64,000 nucleotides of DNA. Source: Chthoniobacteraceae bacterium (GTDB lineage: Bacteria; Verrucomicrobiota; Verrucomicrobiia; Chthoniobacterales; Chthoniobacteraceae). The notes under the pieces are model-generated. The model had not been told where the DNA came from and ran no database searches. It saw only the letters and a program-made list of their open reading frames with translations. Of this stretch, positions 29,561-38,263 are shown piece by piece (position 1 is the first letter of the stretch; every line of letters begins with the position of its first letter). The position numbers and the translations under genes were made by a program. The DNA is taken from assembly GCA_040081625.1 (NCBI GenBank), contig JBEBGD010000003.1, positions 32,001 through 96,000 on the forward strand, written 5' to 3'.

Positions 29561-30949
29561 ATGCACCGCTTCCTCATCCTCATCCTCCTCGTCCTCATCA
29601 CGCCTGTGCGCGCGGCGGACAAGCCAAACGTCCTCTTCATCGCCATCGACGACCTGAACCACTGGGTCGGCCATCTCGGGCGCAACAAGCAGACCAAGAC
29701 CCCAAACATCGACCGCCTCGCAAAGGCCGGCGTCACCTTCACCCGCGCCTACTGCACCGCGCCCGCGTGCAACCCCTCGCGGGCCTCGCTCATGAGCGGC
29801 ATGCGCCCGAACACCACCGGCTGCTACCTCAACTCGCAGCCGTGGGGTCCCGCCATCAGCGGCGATAAGCTGCTCAACACGCACTTCGCCGGCGCCGGCT
29901 ACCGCGTCTATGGCGCGGGAAAAATCTACCATAGCTCCGAGCACGGCGGCACCTGGACCGACTACGCCGGAGGAAAAGGCGGCACGCCAAAGCGCCACCC
30001 CTCCGCGAAGGACGACGGCATCGGCGGCATCGCCTTCAGCCCGCTCGATGGCACCGACGAGGAGATGCCCGACTTCCGCACCGTCAGCTACTGCATCGAG
30101 AAGCTGAACGAGAAGAGCGACAAACCGTTCTTCATCGCGTGCGGGCTCGTGAAGCCGCACATGCCTTTCAGCGTGCCGAAGAAGTGGTTCGACATGTTCC
30201 CGCTCGACTCGATCGAGCTGCCGCCGCATCGCGAGGACGACCTCAAGGACGTGCCACCCGCGGGTGTGAAGATGGCTGGCGGCGATCATGCGAAGATCGT
30301 CGCTTCGGGCCGCTGGAAGGAAGCCGTGCAGGCTTACCTCGCGACGATCGCCTTCTGCGATTCGCAAGTCGGCCGCATGGTCGACGCGCTGGAAAAATCG
30401 CCCGCGCGCGACAACACCATCGTCGTCCTCTGGACCGACCACGGCTGGAGCCTCGGTGAAAAATCGCACTGGCGGAAATTCGCGCTGTGGGAGGAGCCGA
30501 CGCGCACCGCGTTCGTGTGGAAGGCGCCGGGTGTCACACCCGCGGGCGGCGTGTGCGACCGCACGGTCGATTACGCGAACGTCTATCCCACGCTCTGCGC
30601 GCTCACCGGCCTGCCGAAGCCCGCGCATCTCGACGGCTTCGACATGACGCCGCTGCTCAAGGATCCGAAAGCCAAGTGGGACCACCCCGCGCTCACGACG
30701 CACGGGCGCAAGAACCACACCGTCCGCACCGAAGGCTGGCGCTACATCCGCTACGCCGACGGCAGCGAGGAACTCTACGACGAAGCCGCCGACCCGCTCG
30801 AATACACCAACCTCGCCGGCTTCACCGAGCACGCCGCCCGCAAGGCCGAACTCGCGAAGCTCCTGCCAAAGACCGACGCGCCCGACCTGCCCGGCGGCGG
30901 CAAAGGCGAAGGCGAAGGCAAGGCGAAGAAAAAGAAGAAGGCCGAGTAA
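29561..30949 (+). CDS. Formylglycine-dependent sulfatase (iduronate/choline sulfatase-like)
   Basis: Signal peptide, KPNVLFIAIDDL, CNPSRASLMSG, GKIYH, KPHMP and TDHG. Confidence 0.93.
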   Translation: MHRFLILILLVLITPVRAADKPNVLFIAIDDLNHWVGHLGRNKQTKTPNIDRLAKAGVTFTRAYCTAPACNPSRASLMSGMRPNTTGCYLNSQPWGPAISGDKLLNTHFAGAGYRVYGAGKIYHSSEHGGTWTDYAGGKGGTPKRHPSAKDDGIGGIAFSPLDGTDEEMPDFRTVSYCIEKLNEKSDKPFFIACGLVKPHMPFSVPKKWFDMFPLDSIELPPHREDDLKDVPPAGVKMAGGDHAKIVASGRWKEAVQAYLATIAFCDSQVGRMVDALEKSPARDNTIVVLWTDHGWSLGEKSHWRKFALWEEPTRTAFVWKAPGVTPAGGVCDRTVDYANVYPTLCALTGLPKPAHLDGFDMTPLLKDPKAKWDHPALTTHGRKNHTVRTEGWRYIRYADGSEELYDEAADPLEYTNLAGFTEHAARKAELAKLLPKTDAPDLPGGGKGEGEGKAKKKKKAE

Positions 30950-30961
30950 CCTGCTCGCGAA

Positions 30962-32407
30962 GTGATCCGACTCGCATTCTTCCTCGCGCTCGCGCTTTCC
31001 CTCCGCGCCGCGGAGAAGCCGAACATCGTCCTCATCTTTTGCGACGACCTCGGCTACGCGGACGTCGCGTGCTTCGGCGCAAAGACCATCCGCACGCCGC
31101 ACATCGACCGCCTTGCGAAGGAAGGCACGCGCTTCACGAGCTTCCTCGTAGCGCAGGCTGTCTGCACCGCGTCGCGCGCGGCTCTGATGACCGGCAGCTA
31201 CGCGAACCGCGTCGGCCTCGCCGGTGCGCTCAATCACACCAGCAAGACCGGCATCAATCCCGACGAGACGCTCCTGCCCGAGCTGTGCAAGGCGCAGGGC
31301 TACGCGACCGGGATGTTTGGCAAGTGGCACCTCGGCGATCAGCCGCCCTTTCTACCGACGCGCAACGGCTTCGACGAGTGGCTCGGCATTCCCTACTCGA
31401 ACGACAACGGCCCGCTGCATCCCGTCATCCGCGACATCCCATCGCTCCCGCTCTACGACGGCGAGAAGATCGTCGAGCGCGACCCGGATCAGGCGCACTT
31501 CACGCGCCGCCTCACCGAGCGCTCGGTCGCGTTCATCGAGAAAAATCGCGAGCGCCCGTTCTTCCTCTACGTCCCGCACATCATGCCGCACGTGCCGATC
31601 TTCGCGTCGGAGAAGTTTCGCGGGAAGTCAAAGCACGGCCTCTACGCGGATGTCGTCGAGGAACTCGACCGGTCCGTCGGCGAGATCGCCGCCGCCATCG
31701 ACCGCGCCGGCTTGCGCGAGAAGACGCTCATCCTTTTCACCAGCGACAACGGCCCCTTCCTTTCCTACGGCGAGCACGCCGGCGCCGCGCTCCCGTTCCG
31801 CGAGGGAAAGCTCACGACGTTCGAGGGCGGCGTGCGCGTCCCCTTCATCGCGCGCTGGCCGGGCCGCGTGCCCGCCGGGCGCACGAGCGACGAATTGCTC
31901 GCGAGCATCGACCTCCTGCCGACCTTTGCCCGGCTCATCGGCGCGCCGCTTCCGGCGACGAAGATGGACGGCATGGACGCATGGACGCTCATCTCCGGCG
32001 ACACCGCGAAATCCCCGCGCGACACCTTCCTCTACTACTCCGGCGACGAACTCCAGGCCGTGCGCCGCGGCAAATGGAAGCTGCACTTCCCGCACGACTA
32101 CCTCACCACCGCCGCCGAGCCGGGCCGCGGCGGCAAGCCCTCGAACTGGGCCAACATGAAGCCCAAGAGCATCACCGAATCCGGCATCCGCGGCATCGCC
32201 AGCCGGCACGGCTACCGCGTCGAGCGGATCGAGAAGTCGCTCTTCGAACTCACCGCCGACCCCGGCGAGACAAAGAACGTCGCCGCCGAACACCCCGACA
32301 TCGTCGCCGAACTCGAAGCCCTCGCCGAATCCGCCCGGGCCGACCTCGGCGACGCGCTCACGCAACGCACCGGCGCCAATCTTCGCCTCGTCGGCAGAGT
32401 TCCATGA
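30962..32407 (+). CDS. Arylsulfatase A-like sulfatase
   Basis: KPNIVLIFCDDLGY, CTASRAALMTG, GKWHLG, SDNG and EGGVRVP. Confidence 0.93.
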   Translation: MIRLAFFLALALSLRAAEKPNIVLIFCDDLGYADVACFGAKTIRTPHIDRLAKEGTRFTSFLVAQAVCTASRAALMTGSYANRVGLAGALNHTSKTGINPDETLLPELCKAQGYATGMFGKWHLGDQPPFLPTRNGFDEWLGIPYSNDNGPLHPVIRDIPSLPLYDGEKIVERDPDQAHFTRRLTERSVAFIEKNRERPFFLYVPHIMPHVPIFASEKFRGKSKHGLYADVVEELDRSVGEIAAAIDRAGLREKTLILFTSDNGPFLSYGEHAGAALPFREGKLTTFEGGVRVPFIARWPGRVPAGRTSDELLASIDLLPTFARLIGAPLPATKMDGMDAWTLISGDTAKSPRDTFLYYSGDELQAVRRGKWKLHFPHDYLTTAAEPGRGGKPSNWANMKPKSITESGIRGIASRHGYRVERIEKSLFELTADPGETKNVAAEHPDIVAELEALAESARADLGDALTQRTGANLRLVGRVP

Positions 32408-32745
32408 AAAGCATCCTCGCCATCGCCGCGCACGCGGCGGCGAAACCGAACATCCTCTGCCTCGTCGCCGAGGACATGAGCGCATCGCCCGGCTGCTACG
32501 GGGTGCAGGAAGTCAGCACGCCGAATCTCGACCGGTTCGCGACAGAAGCCTTCGTGCCGACGGCGGAAGATCTGATCGTGCAAAAGCTCCGATGGGCGCG
32601 GGACAAGGACATCGCCGACATTCGCGACATGCTCGGCGTGCAAGGCGACGCGCTCGACTTCGCCTACGTCGAGCGATGGTGCCGCACGCATGGGACGCTG
32701 GTGCGGTTTGAGGAAATCCGGCGCTCGATCCCGGCGGACCTTTGA
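32404..32745 (+). pseudogene. Chimeric remnant joining a sulfatase N-terminus to a nucleotidyltransferase-like C-terminus
   Basis: KPNILCLVAEDMS..PGCYG..EVSTPNLDRFATE switches before the catalytic CxPxR to FVPTAEDLIVQKLRWARDKDIADIRDML...LDFAYVERWC; ATGA overlap with the upstream sulfatase. Confidence 0.7.
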
Positions 32746-32754
32746 GCAGCGGGG

Positions 32755-33987
32755 TTACTGCACGGCGAGTGCGCCTTCGAGCTGCGCGAGCGCGGCGGCG
32801 AGCGTTGCCTCGTCGCGCGCGTGGATGCGCAGGAGCGGCTCGCCTGACTTCACGGCGTCGCCGATTTTACGGATCGCGCTGAAGCCGACCGCGTAGTCCA
32901 CGGCGTCGCTCGCCTTCGCGCGGCCTGCGCCGAGCAGCACGCCCGCGCGACCGATCGCGCCGGCGTCAAGTTTCGTGATCTTCCCGGCGTGCGGGGCAGG
33001 AACGTCGCGGATGATCGGAGCGGGATGCACCTCGGCGATGCGTTCGAGCTTCGTCGTATCGCCGTCCTGGGTCTCGACCATCGCGACGAACTTCCGCCAC
33101 GCAGTGCCGTCTTCAAGCCAGCGGGTGAGCGTGGCGCGCGGGGAGTTGGCGACGCGCTCGGCGAGATCGAGCGTGAGCGCGATGAGATCGGCGGGGCCGC
33201 GGCCTTGCAGCGTGTCCACGCTCTCCGCGACTTCGAGCGCGTTGCCCACGGTGCGGCCGAGCGGTTCGTCCATCGGCGTGAGGATGTGCGAAGTCTGGAC
33301 GCCCATCTCGTTTCCCACGGCGGTGAGCGCGGCGGCGAGCGCCTCGGCGTCGGCGCGCGTTTGCATGAACGCGCCGCTACCGAACTTCACGTCGAGCACG
33401 AGCCGATCGAGCGTCTCCGCGAGCTTTTTGCTCATGATGCTCGCGACGATGAGCGGGATGCTCGGGACCGTCGCGGTCACGTCGCGCAGGGCGTAGAGCT
33501 TTTTGTCGGCGGGGCAGAGATCGGCGGTCTGGCCGATCATCACGACGCCGAGCTTCGCGAGTTGCGCGGCGGATTCGGCTTCGCTCAAGCCGACGCGAAA
33601 GCCGGGGATGCTCTCGAGCTTGTCGAGCGTGCCGCCGGTGATGCCAAGGCCGCGGCCGGAGATCATCGGCACCCACAGACCGTCGCACGCGAGCAGCGGC
33701 GCGAGGATGAGCGAGACTTTGTCGCCGATGCCGCCGGTGCTGTGTTTATCGACCTTCGGCGGCGAGCCGGGCGGATGCGCGAGCACGCGACCGCTGTGCA
33801 TCATCGCGCGGGTGAGCGCGCTGGTTTCCGCCGGGTCCATGCCGCGGAAGAAGACAGCCATCGCCCACGCGGCGGCCTGATAGTCGGGGATCTCGCCGCT
33901 CGCGTAGCCGCGGATGAACTCCGCGATTTCCTCCGCGGTCAGCGCGTGGCCGTCACGCTTCCGCTCGATGAAAGTAGGAACGTGCAT
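32755..33987 (-). CDS. pdp: Pyrimidine-nucleoside/thymidine phosphorylase
   Basis: IERKRDG, VDKHSTGGIGDK, MISGRGLGITGGTLDKLESIPG and ADKKLYALRDVTATV. Confidence 0.95.
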   Translation of the reverse strand: MHVPTFIERKRDGHALTAEEIAEFIRGYASGEIPDYQAAAWAMAVFFRGMDPAETSALTRAMMHSGRVLAHPPGSPPKVDKHSTGGIGDKVSLILAPLLACDGLWVPMISGRGLGITGGTLDKLESIPGFRVGLSEAESAAQLAKLGVVMIGQTADLCPADKKLYALRDVTATVPSIPLIVASIMSKKLAETLDRLVLDVKFGSGAFMQTRADAEALAAALTAVGNEMGVQTSHILTPMDEPLGRTVGNALEVAESVDTLQGRGPADLIALTLDLAERVANSPRATLTRWLEDGTAWRKFVAMVETQDGDTTKLERIAEVHPAPIIRDVPAPHAGKITKLDAGAIGRAGVLLGAGRAKASDAVDYAVGFSAIRKIGDAVKSGEPLLRIHARDEATLAAALAQLEGALAVQ

Positions 33988-35143
33988 GGCGGTTCAGTTC
34001 GGGGAGGAAGGACGTGCCGGTGGGCCGGCCATCGCGGAGCTGGAAGGCGTCGGCGAGCGACGCGGCGACATCGGCGAAGGTGCGGCGCGTGCCGAGCGGG
34101 ACGTGAAAGCCTCGATGCACGACGAGCAGCGGCACTTCCTCGCGCGTGTGATCGGTGCCGCGCCACGTCGGGTCGTTGCCGTGGTCGGCGGTGAGGATGA
34201 CGAGGTCGTCTTCGTCGAGTTGCGGGAGGAAGGTGCCGAGCCACGCGTCGAACTCCGCGAGCGCCTGCGCGTAGCCGGCGACATCGCGACGGTGGCCGAA
34301 GAGCATGTCGAAATCGACAAGGTTCGCGAAGACGAGGCCTTCGTCGAACTCCGACCAGATCTCCTCGATCGCGCGCATGCCCTCGGCGTTGCTCGCGGTC
34401 GGGGTTGATGCGGTGATGCCGCTGCCGGCGAAGATGTCGCTGATCTTCCCGACGCCATGCACCGGCAGGCCGGTGTCGCTGATCGCATTCAGGATCGTCG
34501 GCGGTGGGACCATCGAGAAGTCGTGCCGCCCGCTCGTGCGCTGCCACGCGCCGGGTTCGCCGATGAAGGGACGCGCGATGACGCGGCCGATGCGATGCGG
34601 GTCGCAGTGCCGGCGCGCGATGCGGCAGATTTCGTAGAGCCGCTTGGGCGCGATCACGCTCTCGTGCGCCGCGATTTGCAGGACGGAGTCGGCGGAAGTG
34701 TAGAGGATCGGCTTCTTGGTGCGGACGTGTTCGGCGCCGAGTTCGTCGAGGATCGTCGTGCCGCTCTGCGCGTAGTTGCCGATGAACTCGACGCCCGCCT
34801 CGCCCTCGATCGCGCGCACGAGTTCGTCGGGAAACTTCGTGAACGTGCCGAACGGCTGGTCGAGCAGCGCGCCGGCGAGTTCCCAGTGGCCGCTGGTCGT
34901 GTCCTTGCCGGCGGAGCGCTCGCGCATCCGGCCCCACGATGCGCGCGTGCCTTGCGAGCGCGGGTCGAAGACATCGCCGGTGATCGCCTTCCACAAGCCG
35001 AGCGAGAAAAGGTGCGGCAGCGCCAGGTCCGGCTGCGCTGCGAAGATGTGCCCGAGCGTGTCGGCGCCGTCGTCGCCGTAAGTGGCGGCGTCCGGCGCGT
35101 GGCCGCAGCCGACGCTGTCGAGGACGATGAGAAGTGCGCGCAT
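33953..35143 (-). CDS. deoB: Phosphopentomutase
   Basis: IVLDSVGCG, GKDTTSGHWE, YTSADSVLQIAAHE, NLVDFDMLFGHRRD and TADHGNDP...TDHTRE. Confidence 0.96.
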   Translation of the reverse strand: MRALLIVLDSVGCGHAPDAATYGDDGADTLGHIFAAQPDLALPHLFSLGLWKAITGDVFDPRSQGTRASWGRMRERSAGKDTTSGHWELAGALLDQPFGTFTKFPDELVRAIEGEAGVEFIGNYAQSGTTILDELGAEHVRTKKPILYTSADSVLQIAAHESVIAPKRLYEICRIARRHCDPHRIGRVIARPFIGEPGAWQRTSGRHDFSMVPPPTILNAISDTGLPVHGVGKISDIFAGSGITASTPTASNAEGMRAIEEIWSEFDEGLVFANLVDFDMLFGHRRDVAGYAQALAEFDAWLGTFLPQLDEDDLVILTADHGNDPTWRGTDHTREEVPLLVVHRGFHVPLGTRRTFADVAASLADAFQLRDGRPTGTSFLPELNRHARSYFHRAEA

Positions 35144-35155
35144 CGTCCCGAGCTA

Positions 35156-36520
35156 CTACTTCGACTGGGTGCGCGCGAGCAGTTCGTGGACTTTGCCAGC
35201 GATGCGTTCCTCGACGCTCGCGGTCCACGGGCCGGGGAGATTGCCGTAGCGATTGGCGTCGCCGGCTTCGTAGCCGCCTTCCTTCAGCACGCGGAGGCTG
35301 GGGATGTAGGCCATCACGTCATTGCTGTAACCCGCGACCCACACGTGCTGCCCGGCGAGTTCACGTTTGAAGCGCAGCGAGTAATCGACCACCACTTCGC
35401 CGCCGAGCGCGATGAGCGTGAGCTTGCCGCCGAAGCGGACGACCTGCACCGGATACGCGTAGTGCGTGGGCAGCGCCTCGCCGGCATCGAGCCGTGTGAG
35501 CATCCGCTGCGCGTGCGAGGCGAAGTATTTGTCCGGGCCCTTGAGTCGCGACTCGAACTCCACGCGCGTCGGCACGGCGAAGTCGAGCTGCACGTCTTCC
35601 ATCGCTGCGTCGAGCCGCGCGGGAAGCTGCACGGCGGGCGCTTCGAGCGCTGCTCGCACCGCCGTGGCGAGCGAGCGCCCGTGGATCTGCGCAAGCGGGA
35701 GATGACGACGCGGGTAGGGATTCTGGTCGCCACCGCAACCGGCCACGAAGAGCGCCGTGGCGCCGGGATGGTCCGCCTGGAAATATTCCTGCGCGTAGCC
35801 CGGGTAGTCGCCGCACCATTCGTTGAATCCCATCGTGGTGCTGTGGCAGGCATAGCCGAAGACCGCGGCGCGCAGCTTCGCATCCGCGCCAAACACCGCG
35901 AGCACGGGCACATCATGATCGACCGGCCCCTCGGAATACGGCGCATTCTTGTAGCCGCCCTCGACGGGCAGGCGCCGGTTCATCGCGAAACCGCAGCGCG
36001 CGTGGTGATACTCGAGCCGCGCCGGGGCGAGCTGCGCGAAGGCATCCGCGGCGAGCGCGACGAGCTTCTCCTCGAGGAAAACGCCGTAAGCTTCCGCCTG
36101 CTCCTTTTGCGTGACATCCGCGAGGTGCGAGGCCTTCTGCGCCACGCGAAACTCAGGCCCGCAGTGCGTGTGCGAGGCATTGATAAGCAGCCCTTCGCGC
36201 GGCAGCCCGTGTTTCGCACCGAGGCGCTTCTCGAGATTGTCGCGCAACGTGCGCGGCACGCCGATGAGGTCGAGCGTGACGAGCAACTGCTTCTTCCCGT
36301 CCGCGTCCTGGAGCACCAGCGCCTTCGCGAAAAGATCCTGCGTCCTGGCCACGGCGGGCGTGGTCCGCCCGGCGTAGCCAGCCATCCAGATGAACTCGGT
36401 GGGCGTGATCACGGTGCTCGCGACGCCGGCTTTCCAGTCGAGCGGCGCGTCGGCGGCGCGGGCGACGGATGCAATCACGACGAGGGCGACGGCGATGGCG
36501 AATCGGGTAGGGGAGAACAT
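35156..36520 (-). CDS. Secreted neutral/alkaline ceramidase-like hydrolase
   Basis: Signal peptide; ITP...MAGY, ASHTHCGP, NRR, YACH, GDYPG and GCGGDQNP. Confidence 0.8.
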   Translation of the reverse strand: MFSPTRFAIAVALVVIASVARAADAPLDWKAGVASTVITPTEFIWMAGYAGRTTPAVARTQDLFAKALVLQDADGKKQLLVTLDLIGVPRTLRDNLEKRLGAKHGLPREGLLINASHTHCGPEFRVAQKASHLADVTQKEQAEAYGVFLEEKLVALAADAFAQLAPARLEYHHARCGFAMNRRLPVEGGYKNAPYSEGPVDHDVPVLAVFGADAKLRAAVFGYACHSTTMGFNEWCGDYPGYAQEYFQADHPGATALFVAGCGGDQNPYPRRHLPLAQIHGRSLATAVRAALEAPAVQLPARLDAAMEDVQLDFAVPTRVEFESRLKGPDKYFASHAQRMLTRLDAGEALPTHYAYPVQVVRFGGKLTLIALGGEVVVDYSLRFKRELAGQHVWVAGYSNDVMAYIPSLRVLKEGGYEAGDANRYGNLPGPWTASVEERIAGKVHELLARTQSK

Positions 36521-36567
36521 CGGCTTCGTTTGCCAGCGACTGCGGACGCGGACAAGTGCGCTTCCGC

Positions 36568-36861
36568 TCAGTCCTCGCGCGCGAAAATCCCGAGCTGGGT
36601 TGCGATGACTGCGCGTGAATCCGCGTCGCTGAGGTAGCCGAGCAAACGCAGAACACGCCGGTGAATGGGCCGGACCAGGTCGCAGCCGACGACGAATCGT
36701 CGATCGGCGAACGTGACGTGCGGTCGCAGCGAGGTCTTGTGCAGGTCGCGGCGCATCGGGCAGACGAGAACGGTTGGCGGGGATTCGATTCCTTCGTCCT
36801 GAACGCCGACGAGGTTCGGCTCCTGCCCGGAAGTCTTCGAGCTGAAAACCGGAAGGTTCAC
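36568..36861 (-). CDS. Putative type II toxin of CcdB/MazF (PemK) fold, 97 aa
   Basis: GTG start overlapping the antitoxin stop (GTGA); VQ.E....PTVLVCPM...LRP.V.F....VV.CDLVRPI.R..L..LGYL pattern. Confidence 0.6.
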   Translation of the reverse strand: MNLPVFSSKTSGQEPNLVGVQDEGIESPPTVLVCPMRRDLHKTSLRPHVTFADRRFVVGCDLVRPIHRRVLRLLGYLSDADSRAVIATQLGIFARED

Positions 36862-37118
36862 GCGTCGCCGTGAATGGGATACTGCGCGTTCACCCGAAGC
36901 GTCTCGGCGCAAACCTCCGGGGTGTATTCGGCGTTCACGCGTTCGAGGAACTCCGCACGATCGCGGCGGCGCTGCTCGCGCTCGATCAGCGACTGGATGT
37001 AGGAACTGCGGGGCAGTTCGCCGCGCAGCTCGTCGATCGCCCGGTAAGTGTCCGCCGGAAGCGTCAGCGTGTTCCGACCCGGCAGGCGACTCCGGGGCGA
37101 TTTCTTGGCGACTTTCAT
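36858..37118 (-). CDS. Putative ribbon-helix-helix antitoxin
   Basis: NTLTLP..TY..IDELRG...RSSYIQSLI RHH-like pattern; lies upstream of and coupled to the toxin-like ORF. Confidence 0.65.
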   Translation of the reverse strand: MKVAKKSPRSRLPGRNTLTLPADTYRAIDELRGELPRSSYIQSLIEREQRRRDRAEFLERVNAEYTPEVCAETLRVNAQYPIHGDA

Positions 37119-37155
37119 GCGCGCAGAATCGTCGCCTCGTCGCCTTTCCGCAACG

Positions 37156-38136
37156 TCAAAACACCCGCGGCTCGCCTTCGCCGATGATGGCGACGCGTTC
37201 CTCGATGCCGTGCTTTCGCGCGCAGGCGCGGAGACGATCGACGGGTTCGTGCAGCGGCTCGTAGCTCAGGCGAAACGAACCGTAGTGCATCGGCACCATC
37301 CACTGCGCGCCGAGATCGTGAAAGGCCTGCACGGCTTCCTCGGGATTCATGTGGACTTCGCGCCCGCTCGGCGGGTCGTAGGCGCCGATGGGCAGCAGCG
37401 CGACGTCGATCTTGTGGCGCTGGCCGATCTCGCGGAAGCCGTCGAAATACGCCGTGTCGCCGCAGTGGAAGATGGTGCGTCCGGCGACTTCGATGATGAA
37501 TCCGCCGAAGCCGCGATGCGAATCGTGCAACATGCGCGCGCCCCAATGATGGCAGGGCGTGAGCGTGATGCGCAGCGGGCCATGCTCGTAGCGCTCCCAG
37601 TAGTGCAGCTCGTGAACGCTGTGAAAGCCGAGGTCATGCACGAGATTGCCGACCTCGAAGGGCACGACGATGGGCTGCTCGGAGGCGACCTTGCGCAGCG
37701 TCTTGCGGTCGAGGTGATCGAAGTGCGCATGGGTGACGAGCACGAGGTCGATCGCTGGCAGGTCGTTAAGTTTCAGCCCCGGATGCCGCACGCGCTTGAT
37801 GACCTTCAGCCACTTCGCCCAGTTCGGATCGATGAGCAGATTGAGCCCGGCGAGCTGGAGCAGGAAGGACGCGTGGCCGATCCACGTCACGCCGACGTCG
37901 CTGTCCTTGAGCTTGGGAAATTTCGGCGCGTTGTGGTTGCCGGCGCGCTTGGTGAAGAGCGACGGGATGAGCACTTCGGTCAGGAAGTTGCGCTTGTGCC
38001 AGCCATTCGCGGGCTTGAGCCCGACCTTCTTCGCGCCCGCGGCTTTCGCGCGCGCGCGAGTGGCGGGCTTCGGTGCATGCGCGGATTTTCGGATCTCCGC
38101 CTTCGCTTTCCCGAGTCGTTCAAATGGGTTGAGCAC
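37156..38136 (-). CDS. Metallo-beta-lactamase fold hydrolase (UlaG/NAPE-PLD-like)
   Basis: [26 protein letters not shown] and PMHYGSF. The GTG start is supported by an upstream TTGCCT-N16-TACACT. Confidence 0.88.
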   Translation of the reverse strand: MLNPFERLGKAKAEIRKSAHAPKPATRARAKAAGAKKVGLKPANGWHKRNFLTEVLIPSLFTKRAGNHNAPKFPKLKDSDVGVTWIGHASFLLQLAGLNLLIDPNWAKWLKVIKRVRHPGLKLNDLPAIDLVLVTHAHFDHLDRKTLRKVASEQPIVVPFEVGNLVHDLGFHSVHELHYWERYEHGPLRITLTPCHHWGARMLHDSHRGFGGFIIEVAGRTIFHCGDTAYFDGFREIGQRHKIDVALLPIGAYDPPSGREVHMNPEEAVQAFHDLGAQWMVPMHYGSFRLSYEPLHEPVDRLRACARKHGIEERVAIIGEGEPRVF

Positions 38137-38263
38137 AGCGGAGGAGTGTAGGTTCGCGCGGTTCGGAGGCAAAACTTTCGTCAGGGAATATCAGCTCTCC
38201 GCGCGCCTTGACTTCGGGAGGGCAGCCCCACACGCTCGGCACCCATTTCAACCGACACAACCT

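Noticed and set aside
30487..32403. N-terminal 639 aa of the 752-aa ORF 30487..32745
   Set aside because: Off-frame overlap with the two sulfatases; only the part from ATG 32404 carries recognisable motifs.
33953..33987. 35-nt overlap of deoB and pdp considered as a frameshift or fusion
   Set aside because: Both genes are complete with their own motifs; this is an ordinary operon overlap.
37733..38263. Apparent N-terminal extension of transketolase
   Set aside because: It overlaps the antisense MBL-fold gene; transketolase homology starts at ATG 38264, downstream of a TTGACT-N17-CACGCT promoter-like site.
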